Source: a virus
Lineage: Duplodnaviria; Caudoviricetes
DNA length: 64,000 nucleotides
Virus record (IMG/VR): IMGVR_UViG_2802429321_000001
Location: 11,590-75,589 of that record
Direction: 5' to 3' (one strand)
Positions 51,579 through 59,434 of the stretch are shown here, one piece after another. Each line of letters opens with the position of its first letter. The stretch's first letter is position 1. A program made the translations under genes and the position numbers. The notes beneath the pieces were generated by a model. That model saw nothing but the letters and a program-made list of their open reading frames with translations. It was not told the DNA's origin and made no database searches.

Positions 51579-52264
51579 CAGTCCGCGTCCTCGGGCGGGT
51601 ATCCCATCGCGATCAGCGTGGCCCGCAGGTCTTCTGCCGTGATCGTGGCCACGTTCCCACGACGACCGTTCGAGGTGCGCTTCCAGTCGATCGTGATACC
51701 GGGCAGCGGGTCACCTTCCGGCCGGTACACGGAGGCGTACAGGCGCAGCCGGATGTTCTCGTAGTCGCCGCGGATGGTGAGCTGCCTGCTGCCGCTTCCG
51801 CGCTCCACGTTGATCGTGTCCACGTTGAGGTGTGTGGCCCAGCGGAGGAGCATCGGCAGGTCACCATCCAGGTCCAGGTCGATGTGGAAGCGGTCGCCGC
51901 CTCCCCTGGGATGCACACCACTCGCGGCCAGGCTGTGGCTCCGCATGACGGCGATGACGGTGTCGAGGGCCGAGAGCAGGTCTTCGGTCTGCGTGGCGGT
52001 GATGGTGCGCAGTTTGATCGGCGTGGCCGGGACGACGGGGGTGCAGGCGGGGCAGGTGGCGGTCGGTGTCCACGCGGCGGCTTTCGCGTGTAGCTCGACC
52101 CGGATCTCCTCGACCGTCTTCTGGTCACCAGCGCCGTTGCGGTTCCAGGGGTTGACGGTCTGACTGAACGTCTGCCGCCTGGTGATCTTCTTGCCGCATC
52201 CGGTGCAAGGGACATGCTTGGTTGCTTTGTAGGTGATCTCCGGGAAAGTGATGGTCGACATCAT
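51578..52264 (-). CDS. Hypothetical protein with Zn ribbon
   Basis: Start re-called; CTGCGKK...CPAC. Confidence 0.6.
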   Translation of the reverse strand: MMSTITFPEITYKATKHVPCTGCGKKITRRQTFSQTVNPWNRNGAGDQKTVEEIRVELHAKAAAWTPTATCPACTPVVPATPIKLRTITATQTEDLLSALDTVIAVMRSHSLAASGVHPRGGGDRFHIDLDLDGDLPMLLRWATHLNVDTINVERGSGSRQLTIRGDYENIRLRLYASVYRPEGDPLPGITIDWKRTSNGRRGNVATITAEDLRATLIAMGYPPEDAD

Positions 52265-52638
52265 GCGTCCTTTCCGTTGAGCGTGTCCGCCAGGTCGGGG
52301 TAGTCCTGAGCTGCTTCGATGACCATGGCGGCGAGGTTGGCGTCGCCTTCCAGGGCTTCGACAGCCACGTACTTGAATGCTGTGGCCAGCCACGTGACGC
52401 CTGCGTCCTGCCCTCGGTGGTAGGCGCAGGGGTTGCCTACGTCGTGGCACCAGTCGCAGTCTTCGGAGCTGAGCGGGTAGTCGGCGTTGGCATACTCCTG
52501 CTCCCATGCGGCCCACAGGTACGGGAGTGCGGCTGCGAGGACTTCCTCGGCCAGGTCCGTGGTGGACGTGTGTGGTGCGTGGACGATGAGCTCCGCGGCG
52601 ACGTTCACGGCGGCGGGCGGGATTTCGATGTTGGCCAT
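52261..52638 (-). CDS. Hypothetical protein
   Basis: Start re-called; CDWC...CAYH. Confidence 0.55.
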   Translation of the reverse strand: MANIEIPPAAVNVAAELIVHAPHTSTTDLAEEVLAAALPYLWAAWEQEYANADYPLSSEDCDWCHDVGNPCAYHRGQDAGVTWLATAFKYVAVEALEGDANLAAMVIEAAQDYPDLADTLNGKDA

Positions 52639-52925
52639 CACTCCCACCCCGTCAGGTCATGGATGCTCCTGTGGGAGTTCATGCACGCTGCTTCGGCAGC
52701 AGCCCGCGCGGACGGCGGGTTGACGGTGAGGGCGTGTCCGGTGTGGACGTCACACTCGGCTTCGAAAGGCGTGTCGTCGGTGTGGCTGTCAACGATCGGG
52801 TTCCGGTCCTGCGTGACCTGCGGGCGGCCAGGTGCGGGGCTGGTGGACTTGTCGCAGGCAGCCGGAGCGACAGCGGTGACAGCGACCAAGGCGGCGCCAG
52901 CGGCGAGCTTCCCGGCGAGGTTCAC
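52638..52925 (-). CDS. Putative lipoprotein
   Basis: Signal-like MNLAGKLAAGAALVAVTAVAPAA-C then S/T/P linker. Confidence 0.6.
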   Translation of the reverse strand: MNLAGKLAAGAALVAVTAVAPAACDKSTSPAPGRPQVTQDRNPIVDSHTDDTPFEAECDVHTGHALTVNPPSARAAAEAACMNSHRSIHDLTGWE

Positions 52926-53299
52926 AACACAGCCTCCGTCCCGGCTAGATGGATCGTGGCCGTGCCGTTGGGAAACTCGCGGCTGGCCCTGAACTGTTCT
53001 GCTTCGTCGCCGACGAGGACGGCAACGATCTCGATGGTGAACGTGCCGAGGGTTCCGGTGGTGGTGACGTGGATCTGGTCATCGACCACCATGGCGCGGA
53101 CGGTGGCGGCGTCGATGCTGTTAGCCCACTGAGTGAACACCGGGTAGGTGAGGTCGGTGAGGCAGTGGGTGGCGCTGATGTGGATACGCGGGTAGTAGCC
53201 CGCGACGGCGCTGATGGTGTGGTTGAGGTTGTGCTTCTCGGTGTGGTCGGCGAGGACACGGAGCCACGCGATCGAGTCGAACTCGCTCCGGAAAGTCAT
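52922..53299 (-). CDS. Hypothetical protein
   Basis: RBS AGGAG. Confidence 0.6.
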   Translation of the reverse strand: MTFRSEFDSIAWLRVLADHTEKHNLNHTISAVAGYYPRIHISATHCLTDLTYPVFTQWANSIDAATVRAMVVDDQIHVTTTGTLGTFTIEIVAVLVGDEAEQFRASREFPNGTATIHLAGTEAVL

Positions 53300-53364
53300 C
53301 GGCTGCTCCTATTCGTGTGCGGGGGCGGCGTGGACGGTTTTGCAGGCGGTGCAGTAGATGACCA

Positions 53365-53592
53365 TCACGTGTCCCGCCGTTCGATCGCGGCCTGGATGGC
53401 GTTGAGGGCTTCGCGGATGAGGCGGAGTTCCTGAACGATCTGAAGGACGGCGTGCGCGGTGGCACGGGCCGCCACCTGCAACCCGGTGTCAGCGGTCTGG
53501 AGGGTGGCTGCGTACGGCGTGGACGTGTCGGGGGCCAGCAACTCCAGCGCCTTGGCCTCGTGGTGGCCGTACTCGTTGGCGTAGTCGCTCAC
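53365..53592 (-). CDS. Hypothetical protein
   Basis: Coupled ORF. Confidence 0.55.
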   Translation of the reverse strand: MSDYANEYGHHEAKALELLAPDTSTPYAATLQTADTGLQVAARATAHAVLQIVQELRLIREALNAIQAAIERRDT

Positions 53593-53744
53593 TGCCTGCC
53601 TCGCTTCCCGTTGATCGCGTCGAGGGCGGTCTTCGTCGTCTGGTCTGGTGTGGGGCTGGTGGCGATGAGGGCCCGGATGACACCCCTAAGGTTCTGGTTC
53701 TCGCGGCGGAGACGCTGCGCCTCAGGGACCTCGGTGGCGGTCAC
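53589..53744 (-). CDS. Small hypothetical protein
   Basis: Manual translation MTATEVPEAQRLRRENQNLRG..., 51 aa. Confidence 0.5.
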   Translation of the reverse strand: MTATEVPEAQRLRRENQNLRGVIRALIATSPTPDQTTKTALDAINGKRGRQ

Positions 53745-53926
53745 GGCTGATCACGCTCGTCGGATGCGGTAGCCAGCCTGGCGTGCACCATTGCTGCGGC
53801 CAGGACATCGGCTGTGGTCGGCAGGTGCTTCACGGAGTCGATGGCTGCGCTGGTCAGATTCCACCGGGGGACCTTGGCGATGGACAGCAGCCGCTCAGCC
53901 TCGTGGTAGTGCTCGTTCGGAGTCAC
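53741..53926 (-). CDS. Small hypothetical protein
   Basis: MTPNEHYHEAERLL...AMVHARLA. Confidence 0.6.
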   Translation of the reverse strand: MTPNEHYHEAERLLSIAKVPRWNLTSAAIDSVKHLPTTADVLAAAMVHARLATASDERDQP

Positions 53927-54132
53927 TTCTTCTTCCCCTTGTCTTCGACAGTGATCCCGCCGGGCTCGTGATGGAACCTGGACTTTTGCATTGAGGCAGC
54001 GATCTTGAGTGCGTCTGCGGCCTGCGAGGCTGGACCGAACAACTCGGCGAGGGCCTCGACCTGTTCACGGTGGACGGGTTTCGGAGGCGGGCTGGCGGCG
54101 AGCCACTTGTCGATGCGGGCACGGAGACTCAC
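53923..54132 (-). CDS. Small hypothetical protein
   Basis: Overlap-coupled. Confidence 0.5.
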   Translation of the reverse strand: MSLRARIDKWLAASPPPKPVHREQVEALAELFGPASQAADALKIAASMQKSRFHHEPGGITVEDKGKKK

Positions 54133-54473
54133 CGGGACTCACCCCGCAACTCGGCGGCACGGGCACGCATCCTCACGACCGCATCATCAACGCCGGTGAC
54201 GTAGTCCTCGTCCGTCTCGTTGCCTGCCCCATGCTCTTGCCAGATTTCGTTGGCCTGCCGTTCCAGTTCTGCGGCGGTGAGGAAGTGTGCCGTGGCAGCG
54301 ATAGCGGCGAGCAGGCCCTGTTCGTGGTGGCGCTGTTCCTTGCGGCTCGGCGTGAACACTTCGCTGTAGGCGTCCAGGGCGGCACGGGTGAGGTCGTACC
54401 AGTCAGACGAGCGCAGCCCGGTCGCTTCCAGGGCGCGACGCGTGTCGTCGACGGTCGGGGGCTGCTCACTCAC
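54129..54473 (-). CDS. Hypothetical protein
   Basis: Start re-called. Confidence 0.5.
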   Translation of the reverse strand: MSEQPPTVDDTRRALEATGLRSSDWYDLTRAALDAYSEVFTPSRKEQRHHEQGLLAAIAATAHFLTAAELERQANEIWQEHGAGNETDEDYVTGVDDAVVRMRARAAELRGESR

Positions 54474-54666
54474 CCTGCTCACCGCCCTCGACACCCAAGG
54501 ACTTGGCGATGGCTTCCTGGAGCTCGCGGAACGGCACAACCCTGCCGTGTTCGTAGTTCTCGCAAATGTCCATGATCTCGTTGAGTGCGTTGATGTACGT
54601 GTCGACTTCCGGGGACAGGAACAGCCGGTCTTCAAGCTTGGCCCGGATCTGGTCGGAGAGGCTCAC
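54466..54666 (-). CDS. Small hypothetical protein
   Basis: Overlap-coupled. Confidence 0.55.
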   Translation of the reverse strand: MSLSDQIRAKLEDRLFLSPEVDTYINALNEIMDICENYEHGRVVPFRELQEAIAKSLGVEGGEQGE

Positions 54667-54944
54667 CGGACACCGTCCGCAGCATCCAGTTCGTTGGCAC
54701 GAGCATCAGACCAAGACGCGATCGCCTTCAGTGCCCAGTCAACTCCAGCGCGGAACTCGCCACTCATCGGCTTGTTGACTGACTCGAACTTCTGTCGCCG
54801 CAGCAGAGCTGCAAACTCGGCCCGATCGGCGGACAAGATCACCGACGCTGCCGCATCCAGAATCGCTTCGATCGTGTCGTCGTCAACCGCGCTCACTTCA
54901 GCAGCGGCCATAAACGCCGCGTTCGGGACGTGGTACTCGCTCAT
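54663..54944 (-). CDS. Hypothetical protein
   Basis: RBS GAGGAGG. Confidence 0.55.
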   Translation of the reverse strand: MSEYHVPNAAFMAAAEVSAVDDDTIEAILDAAASVILSADRAEFAALLRRQKFESVNKPMSGEFRAGVDWALKAIASWSDARANELDAADGVR

Positions 54945-55008
54945 CTCGTTGCCCTCCTCGGGCTGGTGGTGCTGGCCACGGGTTGGTCACGTGGCCGACG
55001 GCACGGGG

Positions 55009-55149
55009 TCAGTTCTTGCTGCGGCCGATGGTCTTGGCGACACCGGAGAAGCCAGCGTCAGCGATCTTCTGCCGAACCTGCTCCCGCTCCTGGTCGGTGG
55101 TGGCGTTGTCGAACTGGTCCTGCATGTCCCACACGGTCTCGTTGCTCAT
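55009..55149 (-). CDS. 46-aa hypothetical protein
   Basis: Manual translation MSNETVWDMQDQFDNATTDQEREQVRQKIADAGF...; RBS GAAAGG. Confidence 0.55.
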   Translation of the reverse strand: MSNETVWDMQDQFDNATTDQEREQVRQKIADAGFSGVAKTIGRSKN

Positions 55150-55195
55150 CTGTTTGCCTTTCACTGCTTGTGGTTGGTGGGGGCGGCCGGGGCGG

Positions 55196-55471
55196 TCACG
55201 GCTGTGGCTCCCCGTCGGCCCTCACGGGTGAAAGCCCGAACGCGGCGCGCTCAGCGTTGACCCGCGCGACCCTGTCCTCATTGGACTCGCCAGCAACGCT
55301 CTGTCTGCAAGAGCCCTCTGCGAGCTCCCAGTCGCAACCCACACCGCACGACAGGCATGCGCGACCCACGCAGCCCGGCGCGTCACAGGCAGTGTCGTAG
55401 AACGGGCCCCCACAGTCCTTGCAGTTGTCGGGGTAGATCGCGAAGTACTTGCTGGCGGATTCCGCGTTCAC
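55196..55471 (-). CDS. Cys-rich small protein
   Basis: CKDC...CDAPGC...CLSCGVGC. Confidence 0.55.
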   Translation of the reverse strand: MNAESASKYFAIYPDNCKDCGGPFYDTACDAPGCVGRACLSCGVGCDWELAEGSCRQSVAGESNEDRVARVNAERAAFGLSPVRADGEPQP

Positions 55472-55764
55472 GACTGCGGCTCCCCGTGCTCGGCGTTCCA
55501 AACGGACAGGAGCTCCTGGCCCTTTGCGGTCAGTGACACCGGTCGCCGGGCGGAGAACCGCTCAAAAACGCGATGCCCAATCAACCCTGCCAACTCCAGC
55601 TCGCCGAGAGCGCGAGCCTCAGGCCCACCGATCGAAGAGGAGTTGACCAACCGGTACTTCCAGATGCCGTGGCGAGGGTTCACCCTGACGTAGATCACGG
55701 TTGTCCCAGGCTCGACGAGACGGAGCACGATGTGCCGGGTCTGGGTCCACTTCATTCCGTTCAC
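55468..55764 (-). CDS. Winged-helix-like small protein
   Basis: ALGELELAGLI...VSLTAKGQELL. Confidence 0.55.
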   Translation of the reverse strand: MNGMKWTQTRHIVLRLVEPGTTVIYVRVNPRHGIWKYRLVNSSSIGGPEARALGELELAGLIGHRVFERFSARRPVSLTAKGQELLSVWNAEHGEPQS

Positions 55765-56036
55765 AGCATCTCCCCGTAGGTGACGTCCCACTCGTACAGG
55801 CGGGCGCGACCAGCGGCGCGGGCATAAACCTCGCGCCACGACAGTCCGTCACCAGGAATTCCTTCAACGAAGATCAAACCCGCCTCGGCTAACGCTTGCA
55901 GGGCGAGAACTTCGCCAACCTGCATAGACCCGGAAGGGTCATCCCACTGCCAGTAATTGTTCAACTGAGCAACGGTCCCAGCGTTCACCTCAGCGAGCAT
56001 CCGGTGTCGCAGCGGGGTGTGACGCAAGGCGGTCAC
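55761..56036 (-). CDS. Winged-helix-like small protein
   Basis: ALQALAEAGLI...ARAAGRARL. Confidence 0.55.
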   Translation of the reverse strand: MTALRHTPLRHRMLAEVNAGTVAQLNNYWQWDDPSGSMQVGEVLALQALAEAGLIFVEGIPGDGLSWREVYARAAGRARLYEWDVTYGEML

Positions 56037-56188
56037 GGCATCCTCCGTCCCATGGCTGCGAGCTCGTCACGGATCTCCAGCCGCCAGTTGTGTCGCTGCC
56101 CCCGCTTCGCGCTGCGGGTCGGGGTCCTGTGGTTGACGTCCCGGCGGGACTGGACACGGCCAGCCATCGGGGAAGTGTGGGCGTTCAC
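56033..56188 (-). CDS. Small basic protein
   Basis: Start re-called. Confidence 0.45.
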   Translation of the reverse strand: MNAHTSPMAGRVQSRRDVNHRTPTRSAKRGQRHNWRLEIRDELAAMGRRMP

Positions 56189-56436
56189 TGCTTCGCCGCC
56201 TTCCGCTCGCACCGCTTGCACAGCGGCAGTTCGCTGATGTCGTTGCGACGCTTCTTCTGCCCCGGGAACGCCATCCCGAGCAGGGCTAGACCGTCGTACA
56301 CCGTGACCGGGGTCGACTCGCTGTTGCACAGCGCCAGGCCAAACCGTCCAGGCCGGAGACCTGGCATCGGCTGAAGGGTGCTGCTGTAGTGGCGCCGCGT
56401 CCCGTGGTAGTTCGCGGCTTCTTCGATCGCGCTCAC
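56185..56436 (-). CDS. Small Zn-finger-like protein
   Basis: H...ALCN...LCKRC; RBS AAGGAGG. Confidence 0.55.
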   Translation of the reverse strand: MSAIEEAANYHGTRRHYSSTLQPMPGLRPGRFGLALCNSESTPVTVYDGLALLGMAFPGQKKRRNDISELPLCKRCERKAAKQ

Positions 56437-56540
56437 CGCTGCCTCCTTGCTGCTCGGTCCATTTCCTGTCCCACCCGGATGCAGTCCCCGCACGTGGCGT
56501 CCAGGGACACGCCGTGGGCGCACGTCGTCGTGTCAGCCAT
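56433..56540 (-). CDS. 35-aa Cys/His peptide
   Basis: Manual translation MADTTTCAHGVSLDATCGDCIRVGQEMDRAARRQR. Confidence 0.55.
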   Translation of the reverse strand: MADTTTCAHGVSLDATCGDCIRVGQEMDRAARRQR

Positions 56541-56806
56541 CACGCACCGGCCTTCAGGTGCTTGTTGATCCTGGCGATCAGGGCGTCCGCTCGTGCGGCG
56601 GTGGCGTCGTCGTACTGACGGATCCCGGTGATCAGGCCGTCGCGCATCTCGTGCAGCTCCCGTGACAGGGCGTCAATCGAGTCGACCGCCGTGTTCGCGG
56701 CCTGACGGACACCAGGCTGGGCCTTGCTGTCGTCCCGCAATGCCCAGGTCTCCATGGCGCCAGCCAGCGTCTCCACGTGCCCGCGGAGAGCGTCGATGTC
56801 AGCCAT
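56540..56806 (-). CDS. Helical hypothetical protein
   Basis: Start re-called; TGATG overlaps. Confidence 0.55.
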   Translation of the reverse strand: MADIDALRGHVETLAGAMETWALRDDSKAQPGVRQAANTAVDSIDALSRELHEMRDGLITGIRQYDDATAARADALIARINKHLKAGA

Positions 56807-57090
56807 CACGCACCTGCTTCCTGGTCGAGGAGCCTCTTCGCAGTGCGGCGGGACACGCCGAGCTGCTTGGCGATCGAGTCGACCGCCGTGTCCCACGGCA
56901 CTTCACCCTCGGAGTGGAGTCGGCGAAGACGGTTCAGGTTGTTGGTGGCCGCCTCCTCCCGTACGGCCTGGGCGAACATCTCGGCGTGGGCCTGCTTGTC
57001 CGCTACGAGCTGCTCAGCCTCGGCACGCACCGTCGCGCGGTGCGCGCGGAGAGCACCCTTGCCCTGGGGGCCACTGAAACGGGACATCAC
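56806..57090 (-). CDS. Small protein with C-terminal HTH
   Basis: VDSIAKQLGVSRRTAKRLL. Confidence 0.6.
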   Translation of the reverse strand: MMSRFSGPQGKGALRAHRATVRAEAEQLVADKQAHAEMFAQAVREEAATNNLNRLRRLHSEGEVPWDTAVDSIAKQLGVSRRTAKRLLDQEAGA

Positions 57091-57323
57091 GCACCCGCCT
57101 TCTCATGTGCTGCCTTGATCGCGGCCTTAGCGGCATCCTCGGTGGGGAACGCGAGCGGGCCGGCCTTGTAGTCGCCGCACAAGCACTTCTCGCCCTCGGG
57201 GCCGCACACGCACGCCTCGTACGCCGGGGCGTTACGGAACGCGTCCCAGTGGAAACTGACCCGGCCGATGATCTGGCCATCCACGGTTACGGGGGTGTCG
57301 TTGGACGGGACGATCGCGGTCAT
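57087..57323 (-). CDS. Hypothetical protein
   Basis: Coupled ORF. Confidence 0.55.
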   Translation of the reverse strand: MTAIVPSNDTPVTVDGQIIGRVSFHWDAFRNAPAYEACVCGPEGEKCLCGDYKAGPLAFPTEDAAKAAIKAAHEKAGA

Positions 57324-57505
57324 CGCGCACCCCCAGCGGACTCGACCTCAGTGGGGCTGGTCACCAACAGATCCGGGCTGAACGGCAACAACTCCTCGCC
57401 GTCACGAGTCACCAGGACCGTGCCGTCCCGCTTCACGCGGACCACCACAGCGGACTCACCCGAGAACCGGTGCCACACCTGACGGCCAGGAACCGGGGCG
57501 CTCAT
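57320..57505 (-). CDS. Small SH3-like hypothetical protein
   Basis: Start re-called; PGRQVWHR...AVVVRV. Confidence 0.5.
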   Translation of the reverse strand: MSAPVPGRQVWHRFSGESAVVVRVKRDGTVLVTRDGEELLPFSPDLLVTSPTEVESAGGAR

Positions 57506-57894
57506 CGGGTCACCGCCAGACCGGCAGTGCACTCGACCGGGTTCGTGCACTCGTAGCAGGCGGAGATCATGTGCCCGGTCGGCACCGTCACCGTCGCCAG
57601 GTCGTCGTCGATCTCCAGTTCGATCGTCGCCAGACCGTCGTTCACGGCAATCAACCAGCCGTAGTGGTCGGGGTGGTGAAGCGACCGGACGAGGAGTCCG
57701 CGACCGTTCCACCAGCCCATGACACCCCAACCCTTGTGGGTGAGGCTGTAGTGAGCCTTGGGGCGGTCGCCCTCACGGAGTCGGGTGAACACGGCGGCCA
57801 GCAGGACACCGCTGGGAACGTCGTGTGCGGGGGTCTGGGTCTCGCAGTCGTCCTGCCAGCCGATGTCGGTGAGGCGACGGATGGTGGTGGTCAT
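57502..57894 (-). CDS. Hypothetical protein
   Basis: Coupled ORF. Confidence 0.55.
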   Translation of the reverse strand: MTTTIRRLTDIGWQDDCETQTPAHDVPSGVLLAAVFTRLREGDRPKAHYSLTHKGWGVMGWWNGRGLLVRSLHHPDHYGWLIAVNDGLATIELEIDDDLATVTVPTGHMISACYECTNPVECTAGLAVTR

Positions 57895-58199
57895 CGGGTC
57901 ACCTGCTCACGGCGAGCGGTGATCACACGCACCCACTCGGCCTGGAGAGCAGACAGCTCGCTGTGCTCCTCGAAGCCATCGAAACCGTAGGCGGCCTCCT
58001 TGAAAGCGATCCCCAACACGAAGGCGCCGCGGTCGAAGGAGCCGTACAGGTGCCCGAGGACGCAGCGCGCGGGGCAGTCGAGCTTGAGCTTGTCGAGGTC
58101 GATCTGCTGGAACCAGTCGGGCTGCTTCTCGTCGAGGAGGGCGGCGCCGCGGGCGACTCGCTCCTCAATCGACGGGGCCTGGACGGTGGTGGTGGTCAT
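57891..58199 (-). CDS. Conserved actinophage hypothetical protein
   Basis: ERVARGAALLDEKQPDW...CVLGHLYG. Confidence 0.65.
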   Translation of the reverse strand: MTTTTVQAPSIEERVARGAALLDEKQPDWFQQIDLDKLKLDCPARCVLGHLYGSFDRGAFVLGIAFKEAAYGFDGFEEHSELSALQAEWVRVITARREQVTR

Positions 58200-58612
58200 C
58201 GGGTCACCGCCGGGTTGGCCTGCTCGTGCTCGACAGCCCAGCGGTTGGCCATGAACCCGGAGAACGTCTCGTCCGACTCCCAGCCGCACCCGGTGCAGTA
58301 CGCCGTGTTCCTGGAGTTGCCCGTGTAGCAGCCCATGAAGTAGTCGGGGCGCTGGTCGATGCGGACCGTGTGCGTGACGCACTCGGTGCTGACGTCGACC
58401 CAGCCGTCCTCGACGCGGGACCACTGGTCGTGGCCGAAGCCGTTGGTCCACTGGACGTGCTCGACACCGTCGAGCCAGACGCGGTGGACGTTGCTGATGG
58501 CCAGCTTCGGGCCGGTCATGCCGTCGCGGAGGAGGGTGGAGCGGATCCCGGTGAACTGCGCCAGGTAGCGGGTCACGATCTCCAGCTCGGTGGCGGGGAT
58601 GGTGGTGGTCAT
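58196..58612 (-). CDS. Hypothetical protein with C-terminal CTGCGW
   Basis: First gene after promoter. Confidence 0.6.
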   Translation of the reverse strand: MTTTIPATELEIVTRYLAQFTGIRSTLLRDGMTGPKLAISNVHRVWLDGVEHVQWTNGFGHDQWSRVEDGWVDVSTECVTHTVRIDQRPDYFMGCYTGNSRNTAYCTGCGWESDETFSGFMANRWAVEHEQANPAVTR

Positions 58613-58650
58613 TTGGGCTCCCAAGGTGGGGAGGGACTCGGTGTTCGCTG

Positions 58651-58686
58651 CCTCGAACTGTACGCGAACAACCTCGAACTGTCGAG
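58651..58686 (-). promoter_or_regulatory. Promoter with overlapping 11-bp direct-repeat operator
   Basis: TCGACA-17-TACAGT; CCTCGAACTGT at 58651 and 58672. Confidence 0.65.
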
Positions 58687-58825
58687 AGGTGGATGTCCCT
58701 CGTTTGAAACTCCCGGCAACACCTGACCCTGACCAGGCGGCTACCGCTCCACCGCTTTGACGCCCAGCTCGCTCACACGCCCGTCCAACGCATCCAGTCA
58801 GACGGACTACAGCGGAGGTGGGTGC

Positions 58826-59434
58826 TCAGGCGCTCTCAGCGCCCCTGACACCCATGCGTCCGATCTCCGACCGCGCGGCCACCTCAGACCGCGGCCTCAC
58901 GGCCGGTGCCTGGCCATCAACAGCCTGCTGCCGCGAGTCATGAACCACCCCATCCGACAGTGGCACGCCGCGGATCCCCACACAGGGCCGGTTGACCTCG
59001 GCCTGGCAATGCGGGCAGCGCACCGACCGCAGCAGCCGTGCCGCCTCGGCTTCCCCCTCAGCCTCGTCTGGGTCCACGCCCTTCGCGATCGCCAGAGACT
59101 TCCGCACCAGCGACACGCCAGCCATGACCCGCTGTGGATCCATCGGGGGCGCCGGCAGGGCACGCCGATCACCACCGGCCCGCTCCTGCTCGTTCGGTCG
59201 GCGGCGCGCGTTCCACCACTGGACGATGTCGCCGGGGGCGATCGTCTCCCGGGTCTGGGTGTACCGGTCGGACCGGTAGTAGGCAATCACTGCCTGCTGG
59301 CCAGCCTCGACAGGGACGTCGTGCAACGCTGCCGCCCAAGCGCTGCGGATGAACCCGGCGTCATCGGGTTGCGGCATCTTCGGATCGAGGCTGATGGCCA
59401 TGAGCAGGATTCGCCCGGCCTCGTTGGCGTTCAT
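58826..59434 (-). CDS. Helicase loader/inhibitor-like (G39P-like N-terminus) protein with phage Zn finger
   Basis: MNANEAGRILLMA...WAAALHDV...IAPGDI; CPHCQA...PC...HDSR. Confidence 0.6.
   Translation of the reverse strand: MNANEAGRILLMAISLDPKMPQPDDAGFIRSAWAAALHDVPVEAGQQAVIAYYRSDRYTQTRETIAPGDIVQWWNARRRPNEQERAGGDRRALPAPPMDPQRVMAGVSLVRKSLAIAKGVDPDEAEGEAEAARLLRSVRCPHCQAEVNRPCVGIRGVPLSDGVVHDSRQQAVDGQAPAVRPRSEVAARSEIGRMGVRGAESA

Noticed and set aside
58815-58835. GGAGGTGGGT also at 58824 and 46279, and AGGTGGGTCG at 25545, resembling the repeat handle
   Set aside because: No preceding CTCC stem-loop or GTT leader, so not repeat units.
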